A stretch of 63,432 nt of DNA, filler included, from Reclinomonas americana ATCC 50394 (Eukaryota), in NCBI GenBank assembly GCA_048213135.1. It is 5 parts of 3 records of this genome, joined end to end, with 100 filler letters (N's around TTAATTAATTAA, not from the genome) between each part and the next. Parts side by side here need not be neighbours in the genome. Positions count along the whole stretch, not along the records: positions 26,540 to 54,391 come from PS015608.1; positions 54,492 to 56,150 come from PS015608.1; positions 56,251 to 61,226 come from PS015608.1; 2 more parts are not named here. The stretch is one strand, 5' to 3'. The notes beneath the pieces are model-generated. The model made no database searches. It saw only the letters and a list, made by a program, of their open reading frames with translations, and was not told the DNA's origin. Shown one piece after another: positions 39,225 through 56,327 of this stretch (position 1 is the stretch's first letter; each line of letters starts with the position of its first letter). A program made the translations under genes and the position numbers.

Positions 39225-41673
39225 TCACTTCATCAGCTGCCCACTCTCCTCACGCACCATCTCCTCCATTTCCACGTCCAGTTCCGACTGCGACGACGTG
39301 GGCGTCGATCCGATCAGTCGTGCACCGATCTCGGCATCGCTGCCACCGCTGCCGATCTCGCGGAGAGTGGAATGGCGACCAGCGACACCATCGTCGTCCT
39401 CGTCGTCGACGCCATCCAGGGCACTTCCGCCGTGAGGCCCCAGCGTCGGCAGCTCCACGCCCTTGGTCTCCGGCAGCACCCAGATCCACAGTGCAGTACC
39501 TGACACGCACCACATGTTAGACCACCATGCATTGCATGCCGACGATTGCTAAAAACACGAACCAATGGCCAGGCCGGTGGGGATCATGAGACCGCCGGTG
39601 AGTCCACCCGATTCCGCAGCCGCAGACACCACCACTGGTGCCAGCAGCTGGATGGCGCGGGCCACGTTGTAGGCCAGGCCCATCATGGTGCCGCGCACCT
39701 CCTGTTTGCCGCAGTGAGGTGAGTCAACCGGAATATACGTGGTGCTGAACATGAAAACAAAGAGACCACAGCACCAGTGGGAACAACTCGGCCAGCAGCG
39801 CTCCGAAACCTGCAGCACAATCAGCAAGCGCAGAAAAACACAGGGAAAGCACACAGAATGCGACGCAACCCGCAGTGACTCCATGTCCAAAGCCGAGCAT
39901 GATCATGACGATCCAAAACACGGCGGGCGTCACTGCACGGCGGCGATCAGAAACACCGGAAGCACACGCAGTGAGTGCTGCATCCAACCCCCACCTGCCA
40001 GGTAGCTCCATCCAAAGGCCAGTGCGCCCGTCGCGCCGGCAATGATGAGTGCGAAGAAGCAGAAGGCGGGCCGACGACCGATGTGATCGGCGAACCAGCC
40101 GAAGGTGACCATTCCCAACAGTTGGCCGAGCTGCATGGACCCACGGCTCAGTGCACGCGAGTAAAAATAGAAGTAAAGAACAATCTGCGAATGTGCACCT
40201 GTGCGGAAAAGACCCACAGGAAACTCTTACCGACGCCCTGCATGAGATTGTCGCGCAAGTACGTCGGCAACCACGTGTACGCCGCTGCGCGCGCACAAGT
40301 AAGCAACGCGAGCAGTGCCAGAGAGAGAGAGAAGGAAAGAGACGCACCCCAGTAGCTGCCCAAGTGCTCCACCAGACAGAGAAAACACGATTAGTTCGCA
40401 GGAAAGGAAAAGGATAACGAGTACGACATGAATGGAGTATCTTCAACACGCCCAGCATCCACGCAGCAAAGAGGCGCCACAACAGACGATCTCCACGCTT
40501 CACATCACGCCAAAACCCACTGCAACCACCGTGAGAGCTCTTCTCGTTGGAGATGGCGACGGATCGGCGAATCCAGAACACCAGCACTACAGCAGAGTGA
40601 GCGTGACAACACAAAGCACTGTTCGTCGCCGTACTCCACGACGCAACAGGCCGAGGCGCTGCAACCAATCAGCACTGCGCGCCAGCCAATGGCCGGCGCC
40701 AGAATGTAGCCAAAAAAGGCCGCCAGTGCCACACCAAGCTGCAGGTGTGGAGATTGAGTGGCGGCGGGCAGATGCGCGCGAGAGGAATATACACACACCG
40801 GTTGACCAGATTGCAGTGCAGCCGAGGCACGTCCACGCACGGCGGGCTCCACAGCCTCGGCCAACAGGCTGTGTCCCACGGCCCACTCGCCACCAACACC
40901 CAAGCTGCATGCCGCACACAGTGAGAAGAGGCAAGGTTGGAGCACTCGTCATGCGCGTTCACGCAACCCCACAACTGCTCTGCCGAGCAGGAAGATAATG
41001 GTGTTGGGTGCCAGTCCGCAGATAAGCGAGCCCGCCGAGTACATCAGGATCGTGGCTGACAGCCTGCACGCTCCTTCAGTCAACGCGAGCAGAACACATC
41101 GCTGTAGAGAGGCCGACGAAACATGGTTCGCTTGCCCACATGATCACTCAAGAAGCCAGCCACGACACCTCCGACTCCCGATGTCGACAGTGCAATGCCT
41201 GCACCCCACCACATGAGCAACACTCCACACGCACACACACAGTGAGAGTCTCTCACCAAGTGACCACGCCTCGACATTCGGAGCAAACTGCAGATCCTTG
41301 GCCACTGTCGTGTTGATGAAACTAAACAGAGTCAACTGTGGTGCACAAGGAGCGAGAGAGAAGGAGTGAGCTGGCTGGTGCACGAGGTGAGAGACAAGTG
41401 ACACGAGCACGCGCAACGTCCATGAAATCGAACGTCTGCAATGCATCATCATCATCCGTGTCAGTCAGTGAGTGAGAGCTCTCTCTGCTGCTGGTGTGCG
41501 CACAGTGTAGCACGCACCCATCCAAACAGCACAAACAGGTACAATCGCCACGGGAATGGTCGCATGGCGGTCGGTGCTTGAGGAGCACGCACATTGTCAT
41601 CGCCTTCCTCTTCTTCTTCTACTACTTGTGTGCCACTGATCGTCGCCACTCGATGTCGCTGTTGTGATGACAT
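39225..41673 (-). CDS. Major facilitator superfamily transporter resembling bacterial carboxylate/aromatic-acid/sialate symporters
   Basis: GWTFDFMD, GFLSDHVGKR, GRAVVGLGVGGEWAVGHSLLAE...RGRASAALQSG, FGWFADHIGRRPAF, LAELFP, RGTMMGLAYN, LPETKG; about 14 introns. Confidence 0.9.
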
Positions 41674-41744
41674 GGGTGACTGATACAGCTCTCTCTTTCG
41701 TTGCCTGATCGTGACAGAGGACGACGGGAAGGACAGCTTGCAGT

Positions 41745-44700
41745 TCACTTGTCCACAACCACTGCAGACGGTGCTGGCATGGTTATCTCCAGTGTCATTC
41801 CTGCAGCGCCTGCATCGCTGGAATGCCTCCTCATCTCCGCACTCGGCATCGACTGATCGTCCAGGGACTCGAGCGATCCGACAGACGCCACCACCGGTCG
41901 TGTTGCAGGCAGCAGCAGTCGTTGCGACGACGATGAGTGCGCCGGCAACCAAGCCTCCGACAGGTGGCTGTCGGTGGAGGCGGGTGCCGGCAGGTTCGCG
42001 TGCATTGCGGGCGGCCGGCGGTGATGCAGCCCTCCTGAGCCGGATCCTGCGGCGCTTCCGCGGCCAACCATCTCGGTGAGGGAGGGCACGCGGTTCCACG
42101 GTTGCAGCTCGTCGACCATGCAGTGCACGTCGTACAGACTAGTGTACGAGTGTGGCGAACGCAGCCGCGGCGATGCCGGCGGAGACGGTTGATCCTGTTG
42201 GTGCTGCTGCTGCAGTTGTCGCTTGGCATCCTGGATGAGGATGTTGTGATCCTGCGTGTCGTCGGGAAGGCGACGGTCGAGCTCGTTGTTGAACGGCAGC
42301 GGAGTGATGCGCACGGCACGGAACCCGTCGCAGTTGTTGGCGTGCTCGTTCTCCAGCCGGAACACGTTCCAGATGACGCGCCGAACGATCTCGCACACGG
42401 AGAGGCCGAGTTGCTCGATGGGTTTCAGCAGGCCGCTGTCGATGATGAGGGTGACCTGGTGGTGGGAGGGAGAGAGATGGAGTCAGGAAGGACAGGGAGG
42501 ACTGAGTTGAGCGACGACGAGCGACGTACCTGCACGATCCAGGCAAGGCGCATGGCGGTGTTTAGAACGATGGCCACGTAATAGCTCCAGGTCGGGAACA
42601 TGAGTTGCTAGGAGGGGAGAAGAAGCCACGCCAATGAGGACTTCTCGTCTCCACTCTCTCTCCTCGCCCAATCCACTCACCTTGCGCAGCATCCAGTGCC
42701 TCCTCCCTCTCGTCGCCACCAAACCCCAATCCATCTGTCGACACACAAGACTCAACAAATGCCTCCTTCCCCTGTCTTTCTCCGTGCTAACTCTCACCTT
42801 CACATCCCACGCAATCCTGTACAGCGTCGCTGCGACACTCATGATGACATACGCGACAAGCCACCCGGTCTGCTGCGGGTACGTCGCCTTCAGACTGGCA
42901 AACAACACCGAGGGGACCGAGAGAAGGTATTTGACTGCGTTGCCCAAGTGCGGCCAGGCCTTGCGTGGCTTAGGTGTGTCCCAGTATCGCCGGAAGCACT
43001 GAAGTAGGCGCCAGAGTGCCGGCAGCGTCTGGAACAGAGACGCCACGATGAGCGTATTGGTCCGACTCAGCGTCGGTGAACCAGTGGCCTCGGAAACCAG
43101 CGCCAGTGTAATATCGGTCATGGCTCCCGTGCAGCTGGTCATTTGATCGCCCAGCCAAAAGTCCTGGAACAGAACGGGGTAGAAGGGCGCGGCCATGATG
43201 CGCCAGCACGTGCGGAGAAAGTAGAAGCGACCAGTGTAGTGCAGGATGCGGAACGGACAACAGAGAATCGCCATGACTGCGGTGTGTAATGCAGGTCAGT
43301 ACATGGCGCAGCAAGGGCGGTACTTCCATAGAGCACGCAACGAGTGGCAAAGAGGCCCCACGGATACACCTTGCGTGGAATGACGGAAATGTCGATCGCG
43401 GTGGTCACGTTGTTGAGCCACAGCACAAAGCACACACTCACACAGCCGAGCACCGCCGTTGCAATGGCCATGAGCCGGTGCGCCGACAGCGTGGTGCGCG
43501 GATCAAAGTCGAAGATGAAGATCCAGTTGATGCGCCGCGCGCGCCAGATTTCCGTGTTGACCGCGAAGCCGAACAGGAAGAGCGCCAGGAGGGCCATGGC
43601 GCGGAAAACGGCCAGCTCAGCCGAAGCCTCGGCGGCCAGCAGGAAGCGCGACACCGCGTCGTTGTCGAAAAAGTAGGCAATCGTGCACATGAGAACCACG
43701 GTGATCCCTGCGAGAACATCAGCAGTTTAGGATAGTTCCTCCTTCCCCCTTCTGTCTGGAAGAATGAACGCAACCAGCGCAGAGGCCAATGATAAACACA
43801 TCAAAGTGGTGCGGCTGCGTGACCTGCTCTTCGGCGTTGACCAGCTTGAGAGAAGACAGCGTGGTCTTGCGCGAGCTCTCCTTGAACAGCTTGCTGTACA
43901 GCTCCTCGAGTTCGTCGAGCCACCTCTTGACCTGATCAATGCCAGAGTACAGTCGAGTCTGGTGCAGATCGTGGAGCAGTTGGTCGGCGGCCTCCGTATC
44001 CTTGGACATCTTGCGCATCTTCTTCACGATCTTGATCACGGCGGTGTAGTTGAGAATGCTGAAAGGAATGAGTAAGCAGAGAGAGCAAAGATCGAGTGCA
44101 TCTACCTCTCTCTCGACCACTCACCAAAAGTTGTTTAGATGATAGCACAACGTGTACTGCTCCTGGAACGCCTTTTGCAGCGTGCGATACGTCACCGCAA
44201 ACTGCGAGCGCGTCATCGACGTCTCCGGTGCCTGCCGCTCATTCGCCGCCTTGGCCTCCTCCAAGAACCGCGGCGCATACTTGTGCAGCTTCACCCATCG
44301 ATCGCCCGCCACCGCAGCCTTCTCCTCGAAGAACACCGCGGCCTTGGTCATCTGCTGCCGCAGCGCTTGCACGAAAATGTCCACGGCCCGGTGATGATCC
44401 ATCACGGGCGAGCTCAGCACGTCTGCCGGCGTCTCCTGAGCACCACCGCCAGTGCCCTGCATCACCACTGTCCGATCCAGCTCCAGATTGAACTCCTCGT
44501 CCACATGCCGCAGCTGTCGCACCATCTCCATCGACTCGTGCTGTGTGAGCGTCGTGTGGTTCTCAGTCTCCGCCGCTGCTCCTGCTGCTGCTGTCTCCCC
44601 GTCCTCCTCTGCTGCTACTGTTGCTGCTGGTGTCGTCGGAGTGAGGAACAGTCCAGGCACCATCACACCCGGCGTGCAGACAGGCAGAGCGCCCTCATCA

Positions 44701-44990
44701 TCATCGTTCTCCTCGTCAACATATCGACGATGCACGTGATTTCGAACATCATGATGATCATCGTCGTCGTGGACACCAACAGGGCCACGCCTGTCCTCTA
44801 CATCTCCAACGCGTGCTTGCACAGTGTGCGGTGCAGAGAGCTGTTGTGGGGGAGGTGGTTCATGCTCCTGCGGTTCCAACTGCAGGGCGGACTTGGAGGC
44901 CTTGAGAATGCGTTTCAGTGCTGCGTAGGCGACGTACTTGGCCTGCCACTCGGGCGTCGCGTGGTCCTTCAGGTGTCGCCCGAAGCGCAT
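41745..44990 (-). CDS. XPR1: SPX-EXS phosphate exporter (XPR1/SYG1/PHO1 family)
   Basis: [11 protein letters not shown]...[18 protein letters not shown] and [90 protein letters not shown]. Confidence 0.95.
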
Positions 44991-45188
44991 GTGTATGTGC
45001 GCTCTCTCTTTGTGAAGGAAGCTTCAAAACAACCAAATGACTGTTTCACGAAACTCCAATTGGCGACGGAGAGGTGGTGGTGCACAAAGGTGAGGCGATT
45101 CCTTCCCTGCAACAACATGTGCGGCTACGTGCGAGCGTGCATCCAGCAGAATCGTTGCTTCGATCAGGGATGCTTATACTGTATTTCC

Positions 45189-47036
45189 TCACTGCTCAGC
45201 AGCCACGGTCGACGAGGCAGCCGGCAGCGGATCGTCGAGCACCGGCACCAGCTCGAGCGCCACGGTGCGGTTGCAGGTGGCGAGGATGCGACGCCGGCCA
45301 ATGTCAAAGTGTTCGCCGGAGGGGTCGATGACGGTCTGCGAGGTGGGGTGATCAGAATACGGGAAGACAGCAGGATGACGACGACAGGGAGATAGAGACG
45401 AAACTCCACCGGCTTCGCGAATGAGCACGACTCCGGCGCACATATCCCACGACTTGACGCCGTTCTCGTAGTACACTGCTGGCCGGAAAAGAGGGTGGAT
45501 TAGCAGCAGCAGCAGCAGCACGAGAATGCCTTTCTCTCATCACAGACCGTCGCCACGACCGCACGCCACCCAGGCCATGCTGATGGCGCAGCTGCCGAGC
45601 ATGCGAATGGCTGTGGGGGGTGAGAGGGGGAAAGGAGGGTGAGACAAAGGGGGGAAGGGGTGAGGGGCGAGAGAAGAGAAGGATGAAGAAAAGGAAGAGA
45701 CAACATCATGAGAGACATCAAGAAGAGGGATGAGCGACGAGACAAGAGTAAAATAGGAGAACCGAGTGACGAGAGCAGTGAAAAGACTCAAGGGATGAGG
45801 CACGAGGGATGAGACAAGGGGGAAGGGGTGAGGGGGGAGGGGGAAGGGCGAGAGAAGAGAACAGACAAGGAAAGAAAGAGGGACGAGGGATAAGAATGAA
45901 GGGATGAGACAACACGGAAGACGTGAGCCAAGAGTAGAGAGGTAAGCGTTATGACATGCGAGTGAGGTGAGGCAAGGGATGCAGCACGAGAGATGAATCA
46001 AGAGACATGAGAATCAAGTGTCGGAGACATTACACGAAATGAGAGAGATGAGGAACGAATGAGAGATGAGACAAGGAATGCAGCACGACAGAGGAGTCGA
46101 CGAGACAAGGGAAGAATATGAGAACAAAGTGACGAGTGAACAGAGACGTGGGAAGAGAGTCAAGGGTTGTGGCACGAGGGATAAGACAAGAGACAGATGA
46201 GAGCCAAGAGATGTGAGCGACAACGCGGTAGATGACACAAGTGTGCGGCAGACAACAGACTCGAAGAACAGAGCTCACCGCGCACAGGCTTGGAGGCCAC
46301 GCGATCGAGACGCGCCATGTACTCGGCCTTGTAGGCCACGTCACGACTGGCGGGAATGTTGGTGATGATCATGGCATCCTCGGCGCGCGCCGTGGCCGTC
46401 GACGTCGAGATGCGCTCACCGTTGCAAAACGCACCTTCGCCCACAATCGCCGTAAACACCTCATCGCGATACGGATCATAGATCACTGCGGCCACCTCGC
46501 ACGTGAATGCAACGAAAAGACGAGCGCGCGCGAGTGTGGGTGGCACAAGTCGCACCTCCAACAACGGGTTCGCGATTGATGGTGAGGCCAATGGAGACCA
46601 CCGACATGGGCAGAGTGTGGCAAAAGTTGGTGGTGCCATCCAACGGGTCGACGATCCAGCACGGGCCGACCTCGGGGATGCCATTCTGGCCCTCGTCGCC
46701 CGTGCACTCCTCGCCAATGAAGGGAATGTCGGGGAACTCGAGGACAAGTCGCGATCGCACCTGCGCACGCAGTCAGCGTGTGTGCGAGTGTGTGAGAGAG
46801 TGTGTGAGGCGCGTACCAGGTCCTCCACGGCCTTGTCGGTCTCTGTGACAAAGTCGTTGGCGCTCTTCAGTGTGAGGTGCTTCTCTCGACGCACATCGCC
46901 GGCAATCAGTGCGCCGGCCTCCTGTGCAATGTGTGTGTGAGAGAGAGCGTGTTGGGGAAAGAGCGCAATGCACATACACACACGCAACGCGAGCTACTTC
47001 AGCGGCAATGCGCAGACAACGCCCGAGATCTGTCAT
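45189..47036 (-). CDS. IMPA: Inositol monophosphatase (IMPase/SuhB family)
   Basis: DFVTETD, FIGEE, WIVDPLDGTTNF, IRMLGSCA, WDMCAGVVLIREAGG. Confidence 0.95.
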
Positions 47037-47131
47037 TCTCTCTCTCACTACCGCGCTTCGGCGTCCTGCTGCCGTCCTCCATCTCTCCTTCTTCCCGCCG
47101 TGCGCCAGCCTCACTTTACACAGGCTTGAGT

Positions 47132-52026
<4,895 letters not shown>

Positions 52027-52785
52027 AAAAACTCCACCCAAACGAAATTTCGTGTGTGTGCGCATTGGGACCGCGAGATGGAACCAGGCGTTGTCCCCAT
52101 TGCGCCTGCGCCACCGTGCCACGTGGCGCGCGTGTGCTTCTCCAACGGCCTGTGCCTGTACAACCCACGTTGCGTGACAAGAAGCAACAAAAAAAAACAC
52201 AAGAGTTTTTGCGCGAAATCTCACACCTCTGACTCCTTGTGCCCCTCCCTTCTTTCTTTCTCTCTCTCTCTCTCTCTCTCTCTTNNNNNNNNNNNNNNNN
52301 NNNNNNNNNNNNNNNNNNNNNNNNNNNNNNNNNNNNNNNNNNNNNNNNNNNNNNNNNNNNNNNNNNNNNNNNNNNNNNNNNNNNNNNNNNNNNNNNNNNN
52401 NNNNNNNNNNNNNNNNNNNNNNNNNNNNNNNNNNNNNNNNNNNNNNNNNNNNNNNNNNNNNNNNNNNNNNNNNNNNNNNNNNNNNNNNNNNNNNNNNNNN
52501 NNNNNNNNNNNNNNNNNNNNNNNNNNNNNNNNNNNNNNNNNNNNNNNNNNNNNNNNNNNNNNNNNNNNNNNNNNNNNNNNNNNNNNNNNNNNNNNNNNNN
52601 NNNNNNNNNNNNNNNNNNNNNNNNNNNNNNNNNNNNNNNNNNNNNNNNNNNNNNNNNNNNNNNNNNNNNNNNNNNNNNNNNNNNNNNNNNNNNNNNNNNN
52701 NNNNNNNNNNNNNNNNNNNNNNNNNNNNNNNNNNNNNNNNNNNNNNNNNNNNNNNNNNNNNNNNNNNNNNNNNNNNNNNNNNNNC

Positions 52786-53309
52786 AGTGCTTGCGCCCTC
52801 GTGTGCGTGGGCACTGTACATTGGCATTCGATGGCACTGCAAGATGCGTGGCCAGTCCAAGCAAAAGGGCTTTGCGGCCTTGGCACAGTACGCAGTCACG
52901 TTCCTCTTGTTTGGCATCATGATGACTGATGCTGGTGAGGAGAAAGAAAGAGAGAGAGTGTGTGTGGCGTGGCGTGTGTGCGAGAGCAGATAATCTCATG
53001 GTGTGTGTGTTGCGTACGCTTTTGCCTTTTTTGCTGTTATCACATCACAGTGATGCTGCTGTTCACAAGTGTGTTGTGTTAAGAGAGTGAGTGAGTGTGT
53101 ATGTGTGTGTGTTTTGCCGGAGTGGTGATGCATTGTGGTGTTTATTTTTTCATCAAAAAAGAATCACCGTATCTGATTTTGTGGGTTGTTGTTGCAGCCT
53201 TTGTCAACATGATGATGAATGCGCAAGGCGGCAAGGCCTGGTTCTCACCTGCTGTCTCCTTCATCATTGGCGTCGTCGATGTGTCGCTCACTTCGTGTAT
53301 CGCCATGAG
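52786..53309 (+). CDS. Fragment of a multi-pass membrane protein
   Basis: Hydrophobic exons (...GFAALAQYAVTFLLFGIMMTDA; AFVNMMM...AVSFIIGVVDVSLTSCIAM) bounded by splice sites, between gaps. Confidence 0.5.
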
Positions 53310-53449
53310 GTACAGTCGCTCTCTCTCTCTCGTTGTCTCTCTCTCTCTCTCTCNNNNNNNNNNNNNNNNNNNNNNNNNNNNNNNNNNNNNNNNNNNNNNN
53401 NNNNNNNNNNNNNNNNNNNNNNNNNNNNNNNNNNNNNNNNNNNNNNNNC

Positions 53450-53697
53450 GCAGTAGACGCCGCACGTAATGGTAATCAGGTCCACGTACATGACCGTCAC
53501 CACCTCCTTCCACTGCACGCGGAACACGTGAGCCATAGAGAGGTGAGGGAAGGAGAGTGGGAGAGACGGAACCTGCACGAGGAAGCCCCACGTCCACGTG
53601 ACCCAAATCGCAATGTACGACAGCCAGCGGAGGGCCGAGCCGAGTCTCTTGTTGCCGGGCATCAGGTCCAGGTCAGCGAGGCCGTTCCAGAAGAAGC
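53450..53697 (-). CDS. Fragment of a membrane protein
   Basis: FWNGLADLDLMPGNKRLGSALRWLSYIAIWVTWTWGFLVQ and WKEVVTVMYVDLITITCGVYC, separated by a short GT-AG intron. Confidence 0.5.
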
Positions 53698-54157
53698 TGT
53701 GGGGAGGGGAGGATGAGGGAGGAGGAAGGAGGGAGGGAGGAAGGACAAGGAGGAAGGGAGAAGGGGGAGAAGAGAGGGGAGGGAGGGGAGGGTGAGGGAA
53801 GAGGAAGGAGGGAGAAAGGGAGGGAGGGAGAAGGGATGAAGAGAGGGGAAGGGAAGGGGAAGGAGAGGCGAGGAAGGGAGGAAGGGAGGGAAGAGAGAGT
53901 GAGACAAGGTGGGGAGACGAGGAAGGCGGGGAGTGAGAGGAGAATGATGGAGGGAGAAGGTGAAGTGAGAAGATTGAGGAAAGGAGGGATAGAGGGGAAT
54001 AGAAAGAGAGAAGGAGAAGGGATGGAGATCAGAGACGGCTGGAGAAGAGAAAGAGAAGGGGAAGGAGAGATAAGAAAGGGGGAAGAGAGGGTGAGACAAT
54101 GAGGAAAGAGGAGAGAGAGAGTAATAGAGACAGACACACACACACACACACACAGAG

Positions 54158-54213
<56 letters not shown>

Positions 54214-54255
54214 GAGAGAGAGAGGAGAGAGAGAGAGAGACGAAGAGAGAGAGAT

Positions 54256-54287
<32 letters not shown>

Positions 54288-54740
54288 ATCGATCTCTCTC
54301 AACTCCCCATCGCACTGCTCACTTCACACCCTCTCTTCACCCTCTTCCTCTCCTCCTCCTCCTCCTCCTCTCTCTCTCTCACACACACACANNNNNNNNN
54401 NNNNNNNNNNNNNNNNNNNNNNNNNNNNNNNNNNNTTAATTAATTAANNNNNNNNNNNNNNNNNNNNNNNNNNNNNNNNNNNNNNNNNNNNGGGAGGGTG
54501 AAGAGAGGGAGAAGGGAGGGAGAAGGGGAGAGAGAAGAGAGGGAGAAGGCAGGAGAAGGGAGGGAGAAGGGAGGGAGAAGGGAGGGAGAAGGGAGGGAGA
54601 AGGGAGGAAGAAGTGAGAAGGGGTGAGAAGGAGAAGGAACAACGAGGAATCACTGGTAGCACTTGAGGTGAGGCAGGAAGAGACGGAGGGGAGGGAGAGG
54701 GAGGGAGGGGAGACAGAGAAGGCCCTGCATGCACTCACAG

Positions 54741-55242
54741 TGTGCTTGCTGGTGCCCGTGGGTGTGATCAGATCGACACCATAGTCGGTGGGCGGTGCAT
54801 TGCCTTGGTTCACCGGCAGCGTCCAGTTCACCCAGATTTCAGTCTGTCCACCGGTGGCACTGGATGTGTCGAGGCCTTTGCAACACACAGAGAGAGAGTG
54901 TGTGTGTGTGTGAGAGAGAGAGCGCACAGAATGTCCAATGTAAGTTACTCCGATTGCGCAACTGTTCTCGCCGACTGCCTTGATGATCTGGAACTGCTCT
55001 GGCTCGCTGGAGCTGCCAGGTGCAAAGACTACAGACTGACCATTGACGACTGTGTGCGCGTGCGTGTCAGTGTGAGAGAGTGAGCGAGTGAGCGAGTGAG
55101 AGTGCGTCTCACCACTAATGATACACAAGCAGACGAGCAGAGCCACTGGCAGCGATTGTGTGATTGTGTGCTGCTGCTGCCTCCTCCCTCTCCTTCGCCT
55201 TTTGTGGTGAAGGTGGAGCGGGGGAGACGCGGTTGCTCTCAT
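54741..55242 (-). CDS. N-terminal fragment of a secreted/surface protein with an FN3-like domain
   Basis: Hydrophobic SLPVALLVCLCIIS, then TEIWVNWTLPVNQGNAPPTDYGVDL (FN3-like W..P...G..I..Y.V). Start uncertain. Confidence 0.5.
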
Positions 55243-55536
55243 CAGGTGGAGGTTGTGATGCAGGACATGATATCGGACAAACGAGGAACGAAGAGGTGAA
55301 GCTCATGCCTCCTGCTTGCTGCGTACTTCTATGTAAGAGTGTGTATGTGTGAGCCTTCAGAAGTCTCCGATCTCTCGCCCTTTCTCACTCGTGGTCTTCC
55401 TGTCGACGTCCCCTCCCTCCAAACAAAAACAACTAAATTTAAATTATACTAATCCAAAAAGCATGAACAAGCCTAACGAGTGTCAACAAACATGCACAGC
55501 TGCGTTATATACACGGTGCAACGTCACATAAACTCC

Positions 55537-56149
55537 TCAAAGACGGAGACCATCATTGAGGGAGCACTGACGCAAAACAAGCTCGGCATCCTCGACCAGG
55601 AAGCAGCGCAGCACGATTTCCGGCAAGCAGCGCGGATCTGCATCCTCGTCGTCGCTCTCCGCCTGCACCAGCAGCATCTCCTGCACAGCGTGCACGGACA
55701 AGCGCGCCATGTCGAGCTCGAGCCGAGCAGTGCCGCAGATGGTGGACCACAAGCGCACCATCTTGCAGGCGACGACAATGTGCTGGCAGTCGGGCGTGAC
55801 GGCCACGGCGAGCGTCATCCCCGTGTTGTCGTTCAGCTCTTGCACCTGTTGCCCAGTCTCCAGGGACCACAAGCGCACGGTGAAGTCCCAGCTGCCGCTC
55901 ACAATGTACTGCCCATCGCGGGTGACGGCGACAGACCGCACGACTTGTGTGTGCCCTTCGAATCGTTGCACCTCCTCGCCAGTCTCCAATGACCACACAC
56001 GGACGGTCGAGTCGCTGGAGCCGCTCACAACGTGCTGGCAATCGGGAGTGACGGCGACAGAGTACACGGTGTGAATGTGGCCGTGAAGCTGTTGCACTGC
56101 GCCAGTGGCCAGCGACCACACCCGCACAGTCCTGTCCTCACTGCCACTG
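55537..56149 (-). CDS. C-terminal part of a WD40-repeat protein with highly similar repeats, no introns in this segment
   Basis: Repeated GH...V.SVAVTPD.Q..VSGS.D.TVR.WSL.TG units; truncated by the linker. Confidence 0.9.
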
Positions 56150-56327
56150 ANNNNNNNNNNNNNNNNNNNNNNNNNNNNNNNNNNNNNNNNNNNNTTAATT
56201 AATTAANNNNNNNNNNNNNNNNNNNNNNNNNNNNNNNNNNNNNNNNNNNNTCGTCAGTTCTCTCTTTCCCTCTCACCTCCCTCTCTTCCCCTCACTGTCT
56301 ACTTCTCACACTCACCCTCCCCGACAG

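Noticed and set aside
44139..45395. 418-aa plus-strand ORF
   Set aside because: Antisense shadow of GC3-rich XPR1 and IMPase exons.
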